Position numbers and translations under genes: made by a program
From: Candidatus Gottesmanbacteria bacterium
GTDB taxonomy: Bacteria > Patescibacteriota > Microgenomatia > UBA10105 > UBA927
Assembly (NCBI GenBank): GCA_963809665.1
Contig: CAWEKC010000001.1
Coordinates: forward strand, 222,219-286,218
DNA length: 64,000 nt
Direction: 5' to 3'
Notes under the pieces: model-generated
Databases searched by the model: none
Told to the model about the DNA's origin: nothing
What the model saw: only the letters and a program-made list of their open reading frames with translations
Shown: one piece after another, positions 19,396 through 30,188 of the stretch
Layout of the letters: each line of letters begins with the position of its first letter
Position numbering within the stretch: the first letter of the stretch is position 1

Positions 19396-19784
19396 ATATA
19401 TTCCCTCACATACCTGCCGAAACTCATAGGGTGACCGCAACGTGGAACGTGATAAAAAAAAACTGGTTAATCAGCATTGTGCACAAATTTGTCATCGTTC
19501 TTTTTATTCTTTCCGTCGGGCTACTGGTATGGCGCTTCCCAGAGCTCCCACCGAGTGTTCCCATATGGTTCTCACGGCCATGGGGGGAAGACCAGCTGGC
19601 TTCGCCGTATTGGCTTGTGCTTCTGCCGGCCTCAAGCATCGTGTGGTACGGAATAGATCTCCTTATAGGTATTTATATAACTGCGGAATACCTCATCTTC
19701 ACGCAGATGCTGTTCTTATCATCGCTTATTGTAAGCATCCTTTCATTCGTTACGCTTGTTAAAATTTTGTTTCTTGTAACCTAG
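19392..19784 (+). CDS. Hypothetical membrane protein (DUF1648-like)
   Basis: LPPSVPIWFSRPWG motif, about 3 TM helices, in operon. Confidence 0.65.
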   Translation: MNIFPHIPAETHRVTATWNVIKKNWLISIVHKFVIVLFILSVGLLVWRFPELPPSVPIWFSRPWGEDQLASPYWLVLLPASSIVWYGIDLLIGIYITAEYLIFTQMLFLSSLIVSILSFVTLVKILFLVT

Positions 19785-19788
19785 CACC

Positions 19789-20871
19789 ATGGAAATCATC
19801 GCGCCGTTTGTTGTTGCAATGCTTACCACACTTGTCGTAACCCCGATCGTCATCGGGCTGGCCCGCACGTTACATCTCGTGGACAATCCGCGGGTGCGTT
19901 TCCATCCTGCACACACCCATACAGGAATAATCCCCAGGGCCGGAGGACTGGCTATTCTCATCGGACTGGTTGTCGCGGTTGTCCTCTTCATTCCGATGAC
20001 AAAACTATATACCGGCATGCTGATCGCGGCAATACTGTTGGTGATTGTGGGACTCTTAGATGACTACCAGGATGTCAATCCGTATATCCGGCTTGCTACC
20101 AATGCCATCGCTGCTCTTATTATGGTGGGAGCCGGAGCCGGCATCCCGTATATTACCAATCCGTTGACCGGCGGTATTATCCACCTCGATACGCTGCGCT
20201 TGACGTTCTCATTTTTCGGATCCCATTCTATCCTGGTTTGGGCGGATCTCCTTGCGTTCGTCTGGATTTTATGGACGATGAATATCGTCGGATGGTCTGC
20301 GGGTGTCGATGGACAAATGCCCGGATTTGTGACGATTGCCGCCCTCACCCTGGGGCTATTATCGTTGCGTTTCACCCTGAAAGATCCCAGCCAGGAAGCT
20401 GTGACCGTCCTGGCATTTATCGTAACTGGAACATTTTTAGGATTTATTCCATGGAACTTTTATCCGCAAAAAATCATGCCCGGGTACGGCGGAAAAACAC
20501 TCGCGGGATTTTTACTGGCAATCCTGGGAATTCTTTCCTACGGTAAATTAGGAACGGCGCTCCTTGTTCTCGGAGTACCGACTATCGATGCCGTCTATAC
20601 GCTGCTTCGGAGGGTCGGTTCGAAAAAATCCCCGGTGAAAGCTGACCGCGGACACCTCCATCACCAGTTGTTGAATATCGGGTGGGGGAAACGCCGGATC
20701 GCCTTGTTTTACTGGGGGGTGTCGGCTATACTGGGGGTGATTGCACTCACGGTCACAAGCCGGCAAAAAGTGTTTGCGCTGCTGCTGTTGGCTGCCGGGA
20801 TTGGAGCATTTCTGATATGGGTACAATTCTTTACGCAATTTTCCGAGCCGCAAGACCCAGACAATGGGTAA
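19789..20871 (+). CDS. Polyprenyl-phosphate GlcNAc-1-P transferase (WecA/TagO, MraY family)
   Basis: PRAGG, GLLDD, GVDG, NFYPQKIMPG, DRGHLHH. Confidence 0.9.
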   Translation: MEIIAPFVVAMLTTLVVTPIVIGLARTLHLVDNPRVRFHPAHTHTGIIPRAGGLAILIGLVVAVVLFIPMTKLYTGMLIAAILLVIVGLLDDYQDVNPYIRLATNAIAALIMVGAGAGIPYITNPLTGGIIHLDTLRLTFSFFGSHSILVWADLLAFVWILWTMNIVGWSAGVDGQMPGFVTIAALTLGLLSLRFTLKDPSQEAVTVLAFIVTGTFLGFIPWNFYPQKIMPGYGGKTLAGFLLAILGILSYGKLGTALLVLGVPTIDAVYTLLRRVGSKKSPVKADRGHLHHQLLNIGWGKRRIALFYWGVSAILGVIALTVTSRQKVFALLLLAAGIGAFLIWVQFFTQFSEPQDPDNG

Positions 20872-21755
20872 AAAACCTCGCGCTCTTTACGACGATCCTG
20901 TTTACCGGGCATTTTTTTGACCCGCGGGCGTTTCACATAACTATTGTGGCGTTCGTCGCGTTCTGTTTATTATCGTCTTCAAATTACATTTTTAATGACA
21001 TATTGGATGCGCCGCACGACCGGAAACACCCGTTCAAAAAATTCCGTCCGATTGCTAGCGGTAAACTCCCCATTCCCCTTGCGGCAATTGTCTCGATACT
21101 GCTGGCTATCACGGGACTGATGTTAAGTCGAACGGTCTCCGAATCGTTTTTTATGATATCCATTGCGTTTGCATTCGTGCAATATTCCTATACCCTGGTC
21201 CTCAAGCGCTTCAGCGTAATCGATATTCTCACTATCACCACGGCATATTTTCTTCGCGTCTATGCGGGTGAAGCCGCAACAGGCTATCACATATCCATCT
21301 GGTTGGCGCTTGCGGCACTCTCCCTGGCCCTCTTTTTGGCTATCGGAAAACGCCGTGCGGAACTCACGCTCCTGCAGAAATATGACGGCGTCGTACCACG
21401 TGACACCAGGGAAACGCTCTCTCATTACTCGGAAAAACTTCTGGACACGTATACCGCGATGTTTGCCAACAGCACGTTTATTACCTACGCGTTCTACACG
21501 TTTCTGGAGCGTCCGGTAAACCAGGGTATTTTCTTCAGGAACTACTATGATTTTTCCCTGGACATCTCCAGCAGGAAATGGCTCATGATCTCCATACCGT
21601 TCGTTCTTTACGGCATTATGCGGTATATGCAGCTCATTTATGAGGGAAAGGGAGAGTCTCCGGAAAAAGTGCTTATGTCCGATCTGCCGCTTCTGACAAC
21701 CGTTATTTTCTGGATCCTCTCCATCTTCGCCGTGGTATATGGTATTGGGGGATAA
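20817..21755 (+). CDS. UbiA-family decaprenyl-phosphate phosphoribosyltransferase-like protein
   Basis: RPRQWVKN, YIFNDILD..DRKHP.KK.RPIASG, KRRAEL. Confidence 0.88.
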   Translation: MGTILYAIFRAARPRQWVKNLALFTTILFTGHFFDPRAFHITIVAFVAFCLLSSSNYIFNDILDAPHDRKHPFKKFRPIASGKLPIPLAAIVSILLAITGLMLSRTVSESFFMISIAFAFVQYSYTLVLKRFSVIDILTITTAYFLRVYAGEAATGYHISIWLALAALSLALFLAIGKRRAELTLLQKYDGVVPRDTRETLSHYSEKLLDTYTAMFANSTFITYAFYTFLERPVNQGIFFRNYYDFSLDISSRKWLMISIPFVLYGIMRYMQLIYEGKGESPEKVLMSDLPLLTTVIFWILSIFAVVYGIGG

Positions 21756-21767
21756 AAAATAACGAAA

Positions 21768-22646
21768 TCATTCAATTTTATCTACGTACTGTCCCGACAC
21801 CCATCCGGTATTGGTGCCGTCATAACTTATTTCGTACCAGCCGTTTTGCGTATCCAAAATAGTGAACTTATCGCCGGGGTTAATGCGCGCTGCTTCTGTC
21901 GCGCTGGTTGACGGATCCATACGTACCCGTAAAAACCCGGTAGGGGTATCTTTCACGATTAAATACGGCTTTTCAGGATTTGCCTGAGCGGAAGATGTCG
22001 CGGTCTTGGGAGTCGGGGTCACTTTGCCTGACGGGGTTGCCGTCGGACTTGCTGTCGGAATTTGCGCGCCGGATGAAAGCCCTAATTTCATCTCTGCAAT
22101 AAGTCTGTATCCCGGCGTGGTGCGGATTTTGAGGGTCCTTGTCAAAAACCCGACACTGCTTACTGTTACCGTATGATCCCCCGGCGGGATATCGGAAATG
22201 GAAATCGGCGTGACGCCGCGGGTTACGTCGTCTACCAGGACGCTGGCCCCATCCGGATTTGTCGTCACGGACAGCTCAGATTGTTTGCTGGATATTTTTT
22301 CCAGCCATAACACATCAACGGCGCTTGATAGTTCTGATTCGGTCAAATCCGCGTTCACGTAGGTAAGTAATCCCTGTCCCACCGCTATTTTTCCTTCCCA
22401 TGAAGCAAGTTGCGGGGTTGTCGTATCGGGCACGAGTTTGATCGTATAACTGCCGGCGTTTACTTTTTCAGACGGAAACGGGGTCCTGCCGATGTTTTTG
22501 TTGTCCAAAAATATGGAGGCTGCAGGGTTGCTGTTTACTCGAAGCTCGCCCTGTTTCGGACCTCTGTTGGTAAGAAGCCGGACAATGAGGGCAACCGCGG
22601 CAACAAGGCCTATGAGAACAAGGATAAACACTATTTTGCGCTTCAT
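21768..22646 (-). CDS. PEGA-domain protein with C-terminal bacterial SH3 domain
   Basis: Two PEGA-like repeats (LRVNSNP..GRTP; VTTNPDGA..GVTP), then TPTGFLRVR...GWVSGQY. Confidence 0.85.
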   Translation of the reverse strand: MKRKIVFILVLIGLVAAVALIVRLLTNRGPKQGELRVNSNPAASIFLDNKNIGRTPFPSEKVNAGSYTIKLVPDTTTPQLASWEGKIAVGQGLLTYVNADLTESELSSAVDVLWLEKISSKQSELSVTTNPDGASVLVDDVTRGVTPISISDIPPGDHTVTVSSVGFLTRTLKIRTTPGYRLIAEMKLGLSSGAQIPTASPTATPSGKVTPTPKTATSSAQANPEKPYLIVKDTPTGFLRVRMDPSTSATEAARINPGDKFTILDTQNGWYEISYDGTNTGWVSGQYVDKIE

Positions 22647-22726
22647 TGCCTTACGATGATAACACACCGAGGCAATCCCGTAAACTTGACCTCAACCTAT
22701 AGTTGGAGTATAATTTCCCTTCTTGT

Positions 22727-23329
22727 ATGAAGAAACTGTTAAAATGGCTTTCTTCAGATGTCCACGGCAGCAACCGTCTGAGCCACGAAATACGAAGTCG
22801 TATTGAGAGGCTTCACTTCCGGCAGTTTGTAGGGGTAAACCTTGCCGGTCTGGCGTTTGCCGTGGCTATTGTCGCCCCTCAGACATCCGCCGCCGTATCA
22901 GCCTGGGAAGTTAGCCACGATCCGCCCATGGTCACTATCCCCTACGGTCCGGAAGAATCAGAAACCCGTTGGCCTCTTACAACCTTCGGTATTTCCCAAA
23001 ACTTTCGGGTGGGACACCCCGGCATGGATCTTACCGCGCCCCTGGGGACTCCCGTGTACCCCGTGGCTGACGGCACCGTAGCATGGACATCTTTCCTTTC
23101 ATACGGGTACGGAAACCACGTATTTATTACTAGCAACAACCAGTTACAGTCTCTCTATGGCCATCTTTCCAAAATTCTGGTACGGCCGGGTGAAACCGTC
23201 ACCAAAAAAACGGAAATCGGTCTGGTCGGCGCAACCGGCTGGGCGACGGGCAATCACGTGCATCTTGAAGTGTACCAAAACGGCGTGGCCATCAACCCAG
23301 ATGAAGTCCTGCCGGAGATTAAACAGTAA
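22727..23329 (+). CDS. M23 family metallopeptidase
   Basis: HPGMD, YGH, GATGWATGNHVHLE. Confidence 0.92.
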   Translation: MKKLLKWLSSDVHGSNRLSHEIRSRIERLHFRQFVGVNLAGLAFAVAIVAPQTSAAVSAWEVSHDPPMVTIPYGPEESETRWPLTTFGISQNFRVGHPGMDLTAPLGTPVYPVADGTVAWTSFLSYGYGNHVFITSNNQLQSLYGHLSKILVRPGETVTKKTEIGLVGATGWATGNHVHLEVYQNGVAINPDEVLPEIKQ

Positions 23330-24185
23330 GTTTAATGGCCGCCGCAAGCATCACTCCTGCGGCAATAAACCGGATCGCATACGTTTTCATCGTATGTTTC
23401 TCCAGTAGAGTCGGGACAAAAACGGCAAATAAAAATGCCAATACCATGGAAACCGGCAGAGAAATAATCGTGGAGGCAATCCCCACATTTCCCGTATACG
23501 CCTGATTTGCCGCAAGCATACCTATGGTCCCGGCAATGGAAAGAATTGCGAGCGCTCCTATTTGTTTTTTTGAAATCTTCCCGATATCGCGGCTGAATTT
23601 CGGCCAAGTCAACACAAGCATAATCTGGGCAACAACATACACCCATACTGTAGTTGTCCAGTAGCCGTTGGCCGCTATTGCTTTATTGATGTATATGCCG
23701 TAGGCCGCAATCACCACCATCGCGATCATCGCAATCAAAATCGGCATCCGGAAAAATGAACGGAGTTTAAAGTGTTCATCAAAGCTTACGAATAATCCGG
23801 CGACAAACGTGATACCGATAAGAATATATTGCTGCGTGGTGAGCAGTTGCCCCAGTAGCCATACTCCCAAAAGCACGCTAAACACGGTGCGGAAGTTAAA
23901 CAGAGGCGAAAGCACTGACACATCCAGCAAATACAACGACCAGGTATAAAATACACCGGATAATGCGTAAAATGCCCCTGCAATAATGATGTTTTGCCAT
24001 TGACTGGGCCATCCGACGTGATAGAAAAGCGCGATAACAAGCGTATACAGGAGGATGATAAAACTCCAGACAAAATTAAACATCCAGGGATTTTTGATCG
24101 CGTATTTGCTCGTGAGTTTGGCGAGGATTCCCTCAACTCCCAACAAAATCGATGCCATCCAGGCAAACACAAGATATGATTCCAT
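23319..24185 (-). CDS. EamA/DMT family transporter
   Basis: About 10 TM helices in two similar halves, 'DVSVLSPL' motif. Confidence 0.75.
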   Translation of the reverse strand: MESYLVFAWMASILLGVEGILAKLTSKYAIKNPWMFNFVWSFIILLYTLVIALFYHVGWPSQWQNIIIAGAFYALSGVFYTWSLYLLDVSVLSPLFNFRTVFSVLLGVWLLGQLLTTQQYILIGITFVAGLFVSFDEHFKLRSFFRMPILIAMIAMVVIAAYGIYINKAIAANGYWTTTVWVYVVAQIMLVLTWPKFSRDIGKISKKQIGALAILSIAGTIGMLAANQAYTGNVGIASTIISLPVSMVLAFLFAVFVPTLLEKHTMKTYAIRFIAAGVMLAAAIKLTV

Positions 24186-24203
24186 GAGGCGAGTATACCA
24201 GAG

Positions 24204-24635
24204 CTATAATTTCTTGCCCATCCAGCGGAAGAGATAGCCTTTTTTAAATCCTTCTTTACGATAAAACTTCTGAGCTCGAGTGTTCGTTTCTTTCACCAGC
24301 AGTGCGAAATCACGATACCCCTGTACTTTCAGATTCTCCGTCATTTTGTTCAAAAGAATAGTTCCTATCCCCTTATCGCGGTATGCCCGTTCCACGTACA
24401 GGGAGGCAAAATATCCCCATTCCCGCATGCCGTGTACGAGACACATGCCCACGAGTTTTCTCCCGTCACGGGCCACAAGAATCGGGTCGTCTTTGGGGTT
24501 TGCAATCCACTTGCGCAGCACCCCGAGAGAATACCAGGTATCGTTTTTAGTGTCTTTCAGCGCCGTGCTTTCCCGTCCCCATATAACCATGGTTGGAGCG
24601 TCAGAAAGCCGTGGTTTAGTGATAGTAATGTTCAT
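24204..24635 (-). CDS. GNAT family N-acetyltransferase
   Basis: LYV...YRDKGIGTILL, N..AQKFYRKEGF. Confidence 0.9.
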   Translation of the reverse strand: MNITITKPRLSDAPTMVIWGRESTALKDTKNDTWYSLGVLRKWIANPKDDPILVARDGRKLVGMCLVHGMREWGYFASLYVERAYRDKGIGTILLNKMTENLKVQGYRDFALLVKETNTRAQKFYRKEGFKKGYLFRWMGKKL

Positions 24636-24688
24636 AGGGATGCCCTCCATGGTACCACAAAACGAAGCTAAATCAAAAACGGGAAGAT

Positions 24689-25024
24689 TTACGCGCTTTG
24701 GGGGGATTCCTCAACATTCCTGCGCCTGTTTAACACGACGCTGTAAACCAATTCGCGCCTCCGTTCCCATGTCTTTTCCTGAATTCCGATTCCTTTGCTC
24801 ACACCGGCTGCAAGATGTAAGCTTGCTGATGCGGCATCAAGTTGGGCAATATCCCCGCTTGCCACACGGGCTTTGTGTCTTGCTATATACGCAGTTTTGT
24901 GATGTTGTGCAATCTCGTCATCTGTGATTAAAGCCGCGACAACGGGGAGAACAATACCTTCCCTCTTTGTGTTGTGATCAAGGTAATTTAATCCGCGCTC
25001 CACAATTGTTTCTCTAATATTCAT
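24689..25024 (-). CDS. Hypothetical protein
   Basis: 111 aa ORF filling a gap; no motif recognised. Confidence 0.5.
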   Translation of the reverse strand: MNIRETIVERGLNYLDHNTKREGIVLPVVAALITDDEIAQHHKTAYIARHKARVASGDIAQLDAASASLHLAAGVSKGIGIQEKTWERRRELVYSVVLNRRRNVEESPQSA

Positions 25025-25101
25025 ATAGCCATTGAGTAAGATTGGATTGTATTATAACCACATTTGCCCCTAAATCAAGGTGAGTTTAATGGGTAGTATA
25101 T

Positions 25102-25509
25102 CTAATTTTTTACTTTGCTTCCCTGAAGTGCAGGCGTCTTGGATATAATGACTTCCTTTGTTCCGATTTTTTTATCGTCATCGAAACAATCGATCTTCAA
25201 AACTCCCTGTTCCGTTATCGGAAGGTTATTGAGTGTCGCGATGACATTAAAATTTCCTTCTGTGTTGGTTTTAATGGTGATCGGAATATCATTTATTTTA
25301 TTTCCTGACGGACCGGTTATAACCAGTATCATTTTATGATCGGATCCGGGCGCCCCGTGGGCCACAACGACAAAACACATGCTCGGATGCTGGGCGGGGA
25401 GGTTTCGCACGAATATCCGGTCGAATATCCCCATGACGGATAACTTGCCGTCCTGCGAAATCATGGCATAATCGCACGTCTCAAACCTGTTTAACTTTAG
25501 ATTAGTCAT
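25102..25509 (-). CDS. Hypothetical beta-rich protein (DUF6941-like)
   Basis: CDYA...DGKLSVMGIFD motif. Confidence 0.6.
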   Translation of the reverse strand: MTNLKLNRFETCDYAMISQDGKLSVMGIFDRIFVRNLPAQHPSMCFVVVAHGAPGSDHKMILVITGPSGNKINDIPITIKTNTEGNFNVIATLNNLPITEQGVLKIDCFDDDKKIGTKEVIISKTPALQGSKVKN

Positions 25510-25528
25510 AATTAATTCTACCTTCAGA

Positions 25529-25554
25529 AAGAATCCCGCTTTCGCGGGATTCTT
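25529..25554 (-). terminator. Intrinsic terminator after groEL
   Basis: AAGAATCCCGC-GAAA-GCGGGATTCTT perfect hairpin followed by a U-rich run. Confidence 0.8.
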
Positions 25555-25565
25555 AAGTTAATATT

Positions 25566-27224
<1,659 letters not shown>

Positions 27225-27536
27225 TTATTTGACGATTGCCAATATGTCTTTTTGTTCTACGATAGTCCATTCCTGTCCGCCGACTTTTACGTCATTACCG
27301 CCCCACTTCTTATACATAACCTTGTCGCCGACTTTCACAACCATTCCGCAATCACAATCTTTGTCTTCTTCATCACAGCAACACGATTTTCCGGGGCCGA
27401 CTGCCATGATTTGGCCGATCTGGGGTTTTTCTTTTGCGCTGTCCGGGAGAATAATACCGGACGGAAGTTTTTCCTCCGCCTCGAGGGGTTTAATGAGTAC
27501 GTTATCAAATAACGGTGAAATATTTTGTTTTGCCAT
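27225..27536 (-). CDS. groS: Co-chaperonin GroES with Cys-rich loop
   Basis: PLFDNV, SGIILPDSAKEKP, AVGPG, VKVGDKV, DILAIV. Confidence 0.97.
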   Translation of the reverse strand: MAKQNISPLFDNVLIKPLEAEEKLPSGIILPDSAKEKPQIGQIMAVGPGKSCCCDEEDKDCDCGMVVKVGDKVMYKKWGGNDVKVGGQEWTIVEQKDILAIVK

Positions 27537-27546
27537 GGGTCCTCCT

Positions 27547-27573
27547 TTATCACTCTTTTACGATGAGTGCTAT
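27547..27573 (-). promoter_or_regulatory. CIRCE element (HrcA operator)
   Basis: ATAGCACTC-N9-GAGTGATAA vs consensus TTAGCACTC-N9-GAGTGCTAA; lies between the promoter and the groES SD (AAGGAGG). Confidence 0.9.
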
Positions 27574-27600
27574 TTTAACTTGCGTAGAAAACCTTGTCAA
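27572..27600 (-). promoter_or_regulatory. sigma70 promoter of groESL, inside the 3' end of the upstream CDS
   Basis: TTGACA-17 nt-TAAAAT. Confidence 0.85.
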
Positions 27601-28411
27601 GGGGTATGTGGAACCGCCTCAGGCGCGTTCCCAACCTCCGTTTGATCCAAACACGGGCATCCCGCGGATGGAACCGAAGGGTCGTATCCGTAATGATCTC
27701 GCGTGTCCGATGGCGTGCCATATACCACAGCTGCAACCGCTTGGCAGGCCATTCGAACAATCTCATGACAAAAATAACCAGAGGAAAACTCGTACACATC
27801 CGGTCAACCTTGGCCATCTTTTTCTCATTCCATGCATTGGGAAGATACTCGGCAACCCAGCGGTTGGACCGTAAGAACCGTTGATATTCGCCGTTTTGTT
27901 CCCACAACGGCACCATCTGAAGCACTTCATGAGCGGTAAAACAATCGCAGTATTCCGTCTCAAGCGCAGTATGACTCCGTGTCATGAACATATTAAGACA
28001 CACTTTATCGGCAACCGACGTATCATTGGGATGCCGCCGAAGCCCGAAAATATCCATAAGCAATGTTGCCAGCATCCGGCTCACCCACAGCGTTCCGTCA
28101 GCCACGACAAGAAACATATCTATATCATCCTTACGCCCGGCATTATTCATCGCCAGCCCGCCTGTGACGCCGACCAGTTGAATTGTGGGAACAAGAGAGA
28201 GCCAACGGCCAGCCCGCTTCGCTATGTTCCATTTCCCTGACTGCCATGAAGCTTCTATACGTTTGGCGGGCAGACCAAACCCTTTTGGTACAGCGCGGAT
28301 CGGATAAAACAAAAACCACAATACCATTTCCCGGCGGGTAAGGGGGTAATTAAAAACATCTGCATACGCGAGCGTTGCGATTGCAGCATCATGTTTGGAT
28401 ATACGGGACAT
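27575..28411 (-). CDS. Pol-beta-superfamily nucleotidyltransferase-like protein
   Basis: VTGGLA...DDIDMFLV (GS/DxD-type motif), CLNMF. Confidence 0.65.
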   Translation of the reverse strand: MSRISKHDAAIATLAYADVFNYPLTRREMVLWFLFYPIRAVPKGFGLPAKRIEASWQSGKWNIAKRAGRWLSLVPTIQLVGVTGGLAMNNAGRKDDIDMFLVVADGTLWVSRMLATLLMDIFGLRRHPNDTSVADKVCLNMFMTRSHTALETEYCDCFTAHEVLQMVPLWEQNGEYQRFLRSNRWVAEYLPNAWNEKKMAKVDRMCTSFPLVIFVMRLFEWPAKRLQLWYMARHRTREIITDTTLRFHPRDARVWIKRRLGTRLRRFHIPLDKVFYAS

Positions 28412-28414
28412 GGA

Positions 28415-30142
28415 TTATGGCGTCACTGGCGGGGCAGCACCGGTCGTTATTCCGTAACTTGTCAGTACCTGGGAAAATCCGGCGGCCGCCGTCTGCAGGG
28501 CAGAGGTGGGTGCCGTCCCCTGACCTACGGCATTCACCGCATCCGTCATATACTGGATAAGTTTATCGTTTATTCCGTTATCAAACGTCCGCGACGCCAA
28601 CGGGAATGATTTTGCCGTCGGAGCTTCTTGAATGAAGGCGCCCAGATACGGATCGGCAGTCAGCGTGGTTCCCAAATCCACCCGTGCATAGGGCTCGCCG
28701 AACAGGCGGGTTTTAGACTCCTCTGCATATAGTTTTGTCATGGTATTCTTATCAATGAGATATTTGAGAAATGTCCAGCCGGCCGCCTGGTTCTTCGACT
28801 TCGTCGAAACTCCGCCCACCCAGTATGACGCCCAGTTAACGGTATTTCCGGGCAGCTGCGGAACCTGTGCTATTTTGAAACGGAGGTTGGCATTGATTTG
28901 TTTAATCTCAAATGCGCGCCAGGACGGGGCAAGAATCATTGCAACTTTGCCCACCGCAAATGCATAAACGGAATTATCAAGCGTTTCGTTCCATGTGTAG
29001 ACCGGATCTGTGGGGTTGGCAAACTTCCGGTAAAACATAAGTGTATCCTCTGCTTCTTTGCCGGTCGGATTGGTAAGTCTTGCGCCGTTCTGCATCATCA
29101 TAAGTCCTACAATATCGCTGAAGTTTTCAACATTACCGGTCGTGCCGAGGGCTATGGCGGACTGCTGGATCTGCGTATCCGTTTTCACCGTAAGACGCGG
29201 CACGAGTTCAAGCAGTTCCGGCCAGGTTGTCGGCGGGCTCACTCCCGCCGCTGTAAACAGATCTTCATTATAGTAGAGCCCCAACCCGTCAAACATAAGC
29301 GGCGCTCCGTACATCGATTGCCCGCCGACTAAATCCGATGATGCTACGGGATAAAACGTAGAACTGAATTCGGAGGTCGTCATAAACGTCGCGGGGGCTG
29401 CAGATAATTCACTACGGAGCATCGGCACCCACGTATTATGGAATTGAAAGACATCCGGACCGTCACCACGCGCAATGGCTGCCTGCAGACGCTCACGGTA
29501 TTGACGGATTGATTGTTTCACATAAGTAACTTTAATCTTGGGATTTGCCGTTTGGAATTCGGCAATTGCCGTCTGTAAAGTAGGACTATCTTCCCATAGA
29601 CCCCAATAGGTAATGGTTCCTCCGCTTGTGGCACCCATCATTCCCAACACGTATTTAACACCGACGCCGATACCTGCCAAAAGAAGAAGAATCAGAATAA
29701 TTGTTATGAACCGTTTTATAAATGAACTTCCGGCCGGCTTGGCAGATTGTCCGGACGGTCCGCCAGCTGGCGGAGTAGAAGTTTCCTGCGGAATAAACGG
29801 GTTTGTATTTGATCCTTCCGGCGGAATGACGAGCGTCTCCTTGTTTTCCGGCGGCATCGGCACCTCCGATAATGGCGGAGATCCAGCATATACGTCCGGG
29901 CCGGGCGGCGGCATCGGTACTTCCGATATCGGAGCAGGAGGCGGAGATTCCTTCGGCGTAATACCCCAATTTAACGGACCTGAATCGGGTACAGGAGCAG
30001 GAGGTAAATCAGAGACCGGAGGCACAGGCGGCGGAGGTTCCGGAGCCGGAGGCTCAGCGGCCGGGGGTTCGGTAACCGGGGGTTCCGGTGATAGAAGTCC
30101 TGCCGGTGCGTCTCCTGCTGTCAATGGCTTTGTGTCATCCAT
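28415..30142 (-). CDS. Sugar-type extracellular solute-binding protein with long Pro-rich N-terminal tail and TM anchor
   Basis: ITYWGLWE, GPDVF, LYYNEDLF, PPTTW, GKVAMI; GGAG SD before MDDTKP. Confidence 0.85.
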   Translation of the reverse strand: MDDTKPLTAGDAPAGLLSPEPPVTEPPAAEPPAPEPPPPVPPVSDLPPAPVPDSGPLNWGITPKESPPPAPISEVPMPPPGPDVYAGSPPLSEVPMPPENKETLVIPPEGSNTNPFIPQETSTPPAGGPSGQSAKPAGSSFIKRFITIILILLLLAGIGVGVKYVLGMMGATSGGTITYWGLWEDSPTLQTAIAEFQTANPKIKVTYVKQSIRQYRERLQAAIARGDGPDVFQFHNTWVPMLRSELSAAPATFMTTSEFSSTFYPVASSDLVGGQSMYGAPLMFDGLGLYYNEDLFTAAGVSPPTTWPELLELVPRLTVKTDTQIQQSAIALGTTGNVENFSDIVGLMMMQNGARLTNPTGKEAEDTLMFYRKFANPTDPVYTWNETLDNSVYAFAVGKVAMILAPSWRAFEIKQINANLRFKIAQVPQLPGNTVNWASYWVGGVSTKSKNQAAGWTFLKYLIDKNTMTKLYAEESKTRLFGEPYARVDLGTTLTADPYLGAFIQEAPTAKSFPLASRTFDNGINDKLIQYMTDAVNAVGQGTAPTSALQTAAAGFSQVLTSYGITTGAAPPVTP

Positions 30143-30188
30143 AAAAACTCCTACACGCATTGCGTGACTCAGGTATAATTATCATATC

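Noticed and set aside
24280-24927. 215 aa plus-strand ORF
   Set aside because: Overlaps the GNAT gene antisense and has no recognisable protein features
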